Assembly (NCBI GenBank): GCA_041498975.1 | Contig: JBGQJI010000077.1 | Location: 1 to 11,687 of the forward strand | Direction of reading: 5' to 3' | Origin: Candidatus Methylomirabilis sp. | GTDB lineage: Bacteria > Methylomirabilota > Methylomirabilia > Methylomirabilales > Methylomirabilaceae | DNA: 11,687 nt | Part shown: in pieces, positions 7,435-11,687 of the stretch | Layout of the letters: each line of letters opens with the position of its first letter | Numbering within the stretch: the stretch's first letter is position 1 | Made by a program: the position numbers and the translations under genes | The notes under the pieces: generated by a model | The model's database searches: none | Told to the model about the DNA's origin: nothing | What the model saw: the letters and a program-made list of their open reading frames with translations, nothing else

Positions 7435-7648
7435 CCCCGATCCGAAAATATCCAGTGGGGAGGGTAGCGCGGCCAGCGGGTCCTGTCGCAGTGATCAGCC
7501 CCCGTCGTCCTCGCTCCACCCATCCCCCAGTGGGGCCCTTCCCTGCGGGCCGGGTACCCGCGCCGAAGGCGTGGGTGGGCGCCCGCTCACCGCGCCACCC
7601 GCTGGCTAGCCAGACATCGCAGGCCCATTAATTTCAAATTGGGGCTAA
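7432..7648. repeat. ~217-bp nested fold-back element with degenerate terminal inverted repeats
   Basis: taaccccgatccgaaaata (7432-7450) vs reverse complement of 7629-7647 (tagccccaatttgaaatta); inner gccagcgggt/acccgctggc (7472-7481/7597-7606) and ccacccat/gtgggtgg (7516-7523/7571-7578). Confidence 0.5.
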
Positions 7649-7837
7649 CAGGAGCGCGAAAGACATAGCGTCATGGATTGGGAACTCGCGCCGCGCATTT
7701 TCATGCCCATTGGCGGATTAGAGATCGATGGCGGCTCGACGACGGGCTACTGAGCGAGTGCGTCATAAACGAGGGCTTACCACGAAACCACTCCTCTGAC
7801 ATGAAGACTGGGGAGACATGATGAGTAGGTCAAAAGG

Positions 7838-8959
7838 ATGACAGCGATAGCATTGGCCCTGATACTCACTCTCTCCTGGAGCTGGGGCTACGCGGCGGAG
7901 CCGGAGGTGCTCAAGATTGGGGTACAGCTTCCGCAAACAGGCGAGAGGGCGCAGGTCGGGAAGGCCATGCAGAACGGGGTGCGGATGGCCCTCGATGCGG
8001 TGATCAGCCAAAGGCCGCGGAAAGGCGCCACAATGGAGGTGGTATTCGAGGACGATCAGAATACCAAGGAAGGGGCGCTGACCGCCCTGAACAACCTGAT
8101 CCGCGATCCTCAAGTGGTCGCGATCATAGGCGAGATCTTCAGCCCCTTTGTTCTCGCTAGCAAGCCGATTGTGGAGAAGGAGGGTGTGCCGTTTCTCACG
8201 GGCGGGACGCACCCCAAGACCACCGAGGATAGCCGTTGGATCTTTCGCGTCGGGGCGAGCGATACGCTGCTGACTTCCCTGATGGCCCAGTACGCCGTGG
8301 AGCGCCTCAACTTGAAGAGGATCGCGGTCCTCCATGATCGCACCGGGATCCATGCGGCCAGAGCCGGCCTTGTCATCAAAGCCTTGCAGGACAAGTACGG
8401 CATCATCCCGACGGTGACAGCGCAGTGGAGCCCAGGCGACAGGGAGTTTACCGAGGCGCTTAACCGGGTCAAGGCCAGCGGAGCCGAGGCCCTGGTGGCG
8501 TTGGGGGAGACCTCCGAGGCGGCCCTTTTCCTACAACAGGTGAGGGCGCTCGGCCTCCCGCTGAAGCTCATCGCTCAGCGTGATTTCGGTGCGCCGCCGG
8601 TGCTCGAGCTGGCGAAGGAGGCCGCCGAGGGGATCTATCTCCTCACCGAATACCTGCCGGGGACCTCGGGGCCGAACTGGCAGGCCTGGGCCACAGGTTA
8701 TCGCGAGCGCTACCACACGGAGCCCAACAACATCGCGGCGGCGTATTACGACGCGCTATCCCTGTTGGCCGAGGCGATGAAGCGGGGTGGATCCAGTCGA
8801 GAAGCGATCCGCGAGGCGTTAGAGAGGATCCGGGCCTTCCCCGGGGTGCTGGGTGAGTACACATTCGATCGGTCGCATGATGGGCTTCACCAGTTGTATG
8901 TCGTCCAGATCCGAGCGGGCCGGCCTGTGCTGATGGAGACCCTCACGGCTGACCGCTGA
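7838..8959 (+). CDS. ABC transporter substrate-binding protein, LivJ/LivK-like (periplasmic binding protein type 1)
   Basis: Signal peptide, LKIGVQLPQTG, VVFEDDQN, VVAIIGEIFS, WIFRVGASD, AAAYYDALSLLAEAM, FPGVLGEYTFD. Confidence 0.92.
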   Translation: MTAIALALILTLSWSWGYAAEPEVLKIGVQLPQTGERAQVGKAMQNGVRMALDAVISQRPRKGATMEVVFEDDQNTKEGALTALNNLIRDPQVVAIIGEIFSPFVLASKPIVEKEGVPFLTGGTHPKTTEDSRWIFRVGASDTLLTSLMAQYAVERLNLKRIAVLHDRTGIHAARAGLVIKALQDKYGIIPTVTAQWSPGDREFTEALNRVKASGAEALVALGETSEAALFLQQVRALGLPLKLIAQRDFGAPPVLELAKEAAEGIYLLTEYLPGTSGPNWQAWATGYRERYHTEPNNIAAAYYDALSLLAEAMKRGGSSREAIREALERIRAFPGVLGEYTFDRSHDGLHQLYVVQIRAGRPVLMETLTADR

Positions 8960-9205
8960 GCTGTCTCCCCACTCGTTTTCTCCCTGCCATCGCGGCAAGT
9001 TGCCTTGACGATCATCATGAGCAGCCCGCGCGACCCTCCTCATCCCCACCCTTATATTAGGGGACAAGAGCATTTCCCTCTCCCCAAACCCAAACGGGGT
9101 ACTGGCGACTCCGGCTCGCCCTATTTCGTCGATACGGGGTCACCTCCCGCTTGGTTGCGGCGTAGTAAGTAGTGGGTTCCATGGCTATTTCGCATTCGAT
9201 CGTGC

Positions 9206-9221
9206 TGGCATGGAGGTTGCT
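9206..9221 (+). promoter_or_regulatory. Sigma54 (RpoN) -24/-12 promoter
   Basis: TGGCATGGAGGTTGCT matches TGGCAC-N5-TTGCW with exact GG-N10-GC spacing, 50 bp upstream of ATG 9272. Confidence 0.7.
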
Positions 9222-9271
9222 CATCTATCCGGTTGGAAGATCGCACTGAATGGCAAGAGGGGGTGGTACCG

Positions 9272-10930
9272 ATGAGGACGATAGTCAAGACAGCAGTGGC
9301 GGTTACATCGACGTTCTTGGCCCTCGGCTTGGCGAGCCTGGCCCGGGCAGAGGAGTGGCCAGGGACTCCCGCGCGCCTCGGATTGATCGAGGGGGAGGTG
9401 GAGGTGCAGATGGCCGGATCATCGGAGTGGGCGCCTGCCACCTCGAATTTCCCCCTGGGCCCTGGCGATCAGGTGTGGGTGGCCGGCCACGGGAGAGCCG
9501 AAGTCCAACTTCCGGCGGGGAATGCGGTGCGTCTCGGGGACGAGACGAGCCTCGATATCCGCGCTTTGCCGTCCGCTGACGCCGGGACGGCCTCCCTCGG
9601 GCTCGAGCGCGGAATGGCGACATTCTACATCAGGCGGCTCCAGCCTGAGTTCCCTGTCTTTCAGGTAGACCTTCCGCAAGCCTCCGTCCAGGCCTCCGTC
9701 CCCTCGACCTTCCGCGCCGATCTGTTTCCCGATGGCTCGGTCCAGGTGTCGGTCCACTCCGGCGAGGTCCTCGTGGAGACCCCCGGTGGAGTCACCGAGG
9801 TTCGCAGCCGCCAGGCATTGCGGCTGAGCCCGGACGCCATCCCTCAACTGTATGCGCTCGCCCCCTGGGATGAGTTCGACCGCTGGAACGATCTCCGCGA
9901 TATCCAGCTTGCTCGCCCCGTCCGTGATCCCTACCTACCGGCTGGGCTCAGCGCCTATGCGCCGGACCTCGCTGCGTATGGGCATTGGGTCCCGGTCCCC
10001 GAGTACGGCTATGGCTGGGCGCCGATCGTCGAGGCCGGCTGGTCCCCGTTCCATCAGGGCCGGTGGATCTGGTGGCGGGGTGAGCTGGTCTGGCTCCCGT
10101 ATGAGGCATGGGGCTGGGCGCCCTGTCATTATGGTCGATGGCGTTTCTACGCGGCCACCGGCTGGGTCTGGATCCCACCTGTTGCCACCGCAGTCATCTG
10201 GAACCCTGGGGCGGTGGGTTGGATCACCGGCCCCGAGTTCGTCGCCTGGATTCCCCTGGCGCCGGGGGAGATCTACTACGGTCACCGGCATTACGGGCCA
10301 TGGAGTGTGAACATCACGAACATCCAGGTGACGAACATCCACGTCACGAATGTGTTCGTCAACGCAACGGCCACGCATGGGGTCGTCGTCGTCCACAAGG
10401 AGGCCTTCCTGGGGGGCGGGAGGGGACCCGCCTCGTTCACTGCGCCGAAGGATGTCTTTGCTGCTGGAGGTCGCGTGACGCCAGGTCCGCCACCACTCCG
10501 TCCGGTGGTCGCCAGGTCATTGCCTGTGCCTTCTAAACCGGCGCCGATCCCCCTCCGAAAGAGTTCGGAGTCCATCGGAGGCCCGTTGCGGGCGCCTCAA
10601 GGCCGAGAAGTGGGAGGGGTCGATGTCAGACCTCCCCTTGCCGGCATCAAGAATCCCAGCGTGCACCCGGAGGCTAAACCGCGAAGAATCGCTCCTGAGA
10701 TTTTGCTGGGATCGTCCCCACCTCGCCCCTCCTCTACGGTGACGCAGCATCCCGCAGCCAGGTTCGGTGGAATGCGATCGACGCGAGAGCTTCGGGCGCC
10801 AGCCCTGCCCGCTCCTCCCGGACTTCAGAGGGAGGCCCACCCTGGCCAGGGCCGGATCAAAGGAGGAGTTCCGCCATCGCCACCGGCCCGGCAGGCCCTT
10901 CCTCCGGCCGGGCAGGCGGGCGGCCGTTGA
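9272..10930 (+). CDS. Secreted FecR-like domain + DUF6600-type (Trp/Gly/Pro-rich) protein with a Pro-rich disordered tail
   Basis: GAGGGGG Shine-Dalgarno before ATG 9272; signal peptide; ARLGLIEGEV..N.PL..GD..GRAEV..VRLG beta-rich region; DEFDRWN; L..YG.W..YG..W.P..GW.P..GRW..WGWAP.HYGRW..GWVW.P pattern. Confidence 0.85.
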   Translation: MRTIVKTAVAVTSTFLALGLASLARAEEWPGTPARLGLIEGEVEVQMAGSSEWAPATSNFPLGPGDQVWVAGHGRAEVQLPAGNAVRLGDETSLDIRALPSADAGTASLGLERGMATFYIRRLQPEFPVFQVDLPQASVQASVPSTFRADLFPDGSVQVSVHSGEVLVETPGGVTEVRSRQALRLSPDAIPQLYALAPWDEFDRWNDLRDIQLARPVRDPYLPAGLSAYAPDLAAYGHWVPVPEYGYGWAPIVEAGWSPFHQGRWIWWRGELVWLPYEAWGWAPCHYGRWRFYAATGWVWIPPVATAVIWNPGAVGWITGPEFVAWIPLAPGEIYYGHRHYGPWSVNITNIQVTNIHVTNVFVNATATHGVVVVHKEAFLGGGRGPASFTAPKDVFAAGGRVTPGPPPLRPVVARSLPVPSKPAPIPLRKSSESIGGPLRAPQGREVGGVDVRPPLAGIKNPSVHPEAKPRRIAPEILLGSSPPRPSSTVTQHPAARFGGMRSTRELRAPALPAPPGLQREAHPGQGRIKGGVPPSPPARQALPPAGQAGGR

Positions 10931-11054
10931 CGGGCCCCATGTCGGCGAGAGATCAGGTGTCGAAGGCAGTGTCGGTTGACGGAATCTGCGGGGGCCCCAT
11001 TCGTGTTCGACAACAAAACGGGTTCGGATCGGCAGGCCGGAAGGGTGGAATGGG

Positions 11055-11354
11055 ATGAGAGGCATGTGGCGCCGCGCTGCCGCGGTCGTCTCCGTCGTCT
11101 TGGTCACCGGCCTGTTGACGACCGTGGCACTAGCACAGGTCTCCCGTTGCCCGGACCGGGTCATCCACGAAGGGCAGGTTGTCGAGATCGGCGAGACGAC
11201 GATCACGATTCACGAGTGGGCGGGCGTCTACACCTACCGGATCGGCGTGACCGAGCGGTGGGCGCTTGAGGCGGACCAGATCCGCCCCGGCGACAAGGTG
11301 TGGTTCCTGGCTTGCGATGGAGGAGAGATCGCCAAGTATTTCAGGAAAATGTGA
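11055..11354 (+). CDS. Small secreted hypothetical protein (OB-fold/DUF5666-like beta barrel)
   Basis: Signal peptide ending VALA-Q; EGQVVEIGETTITI...IRPGDKV pattern; two Cys residues. Confidence 0.7.
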   Translation: MRGMWRRAAAVVSVVLVTGLLTTVALAQVSRCPDRVIHEGQVVEIGETTITIHEWAGVYTYRIGVTERWALEADQIRPGDKVWFLACDGGEIAKYFRKM

Positions 11355-11687
11355 GCGGAAGTAGCAGTCACGCTCATCCCGCCTCATCTTGAACAAGGAA
11401 TCTCGCCTGTAGTGATCCGCGACCGCGATTCCCGCGAAGATCTCCTCAAGGAAGACCCCTGCGCCGATACGCGCCAACCACCGGCCCATCCGGTCGAACG
11501 CACCCTCCGAATACTTCGTCGGGAAAGAAGGACGGGGCCTCCAGGGAGGGTCCAGGCGCGAAAAACCCAGCATGGCTGATGTTCTCGAGGGGTTCCCCTG
11601 GCCACCCGTGGGAGGGTGCGGCGGTGAGGTTTCCGGCGAGGTATCGCTTTCAATGGCCGGACGTCTGGAGTAGGATACTGCCGATCG

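Noticed and set aside
7685..7786. Degenerate third copy of the ~107-bp element (begins ctcgcgccgcgcatttt)
   Set aside because: One end resembles 4049-4067, but the partner end is too diverged to support by eye; worth retesting with a profile model.
9233..9271. Upstream TTG start for the FecR/DUF6600 protein
   Set aside because: It coincides with the predicted sigma54 transcription start; ATG 9272 has the RBS and gives a normal signal peptide.
1..11687. CRISPR array, tRNA/rRNA, transposase or integrase
   Set aside because: No regularly spaced repeats, cloverleaf or rRNA signatures, or DDE/tyrosine-recombinase motifs were seen.

Overview
GC-rich bacterial chromosomal window; no taxon can be assigned from the sequence alone. 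It opens with a class II (Calvin-cycle/B subtype) fructose-bisphosphate aldolase (5'-truncated) and ribulose-phosphate 3-epimerase. A mosaic of unrelated accessory genes follows: a DPM1-like GT2 glycosyltransferase, a secreted HEXXH protein, an unannotated 39-aa ORF, a secreted hypothetical protein, a SAM methyltransferase, a Rossmann-fold hypothetical, an orphan Liv-type solute-binding protein, a FecR/DUF6600-type protein under a sigma54-type promoter and a small secreted protein. The most interesting signals are: (1) two ~107-bp elements with shared terminal inverted repeats, plus two longer fold-back elements, three of the four starting at the stop codon of the upstream gene; (2) an apparently shared, unnamed ~120-aa domain in the two divergently encoded secreted proteins that flank the 39-aa ORF. 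No rRNA, tRNA, CRISPR array, transposase or integrase was recognised.
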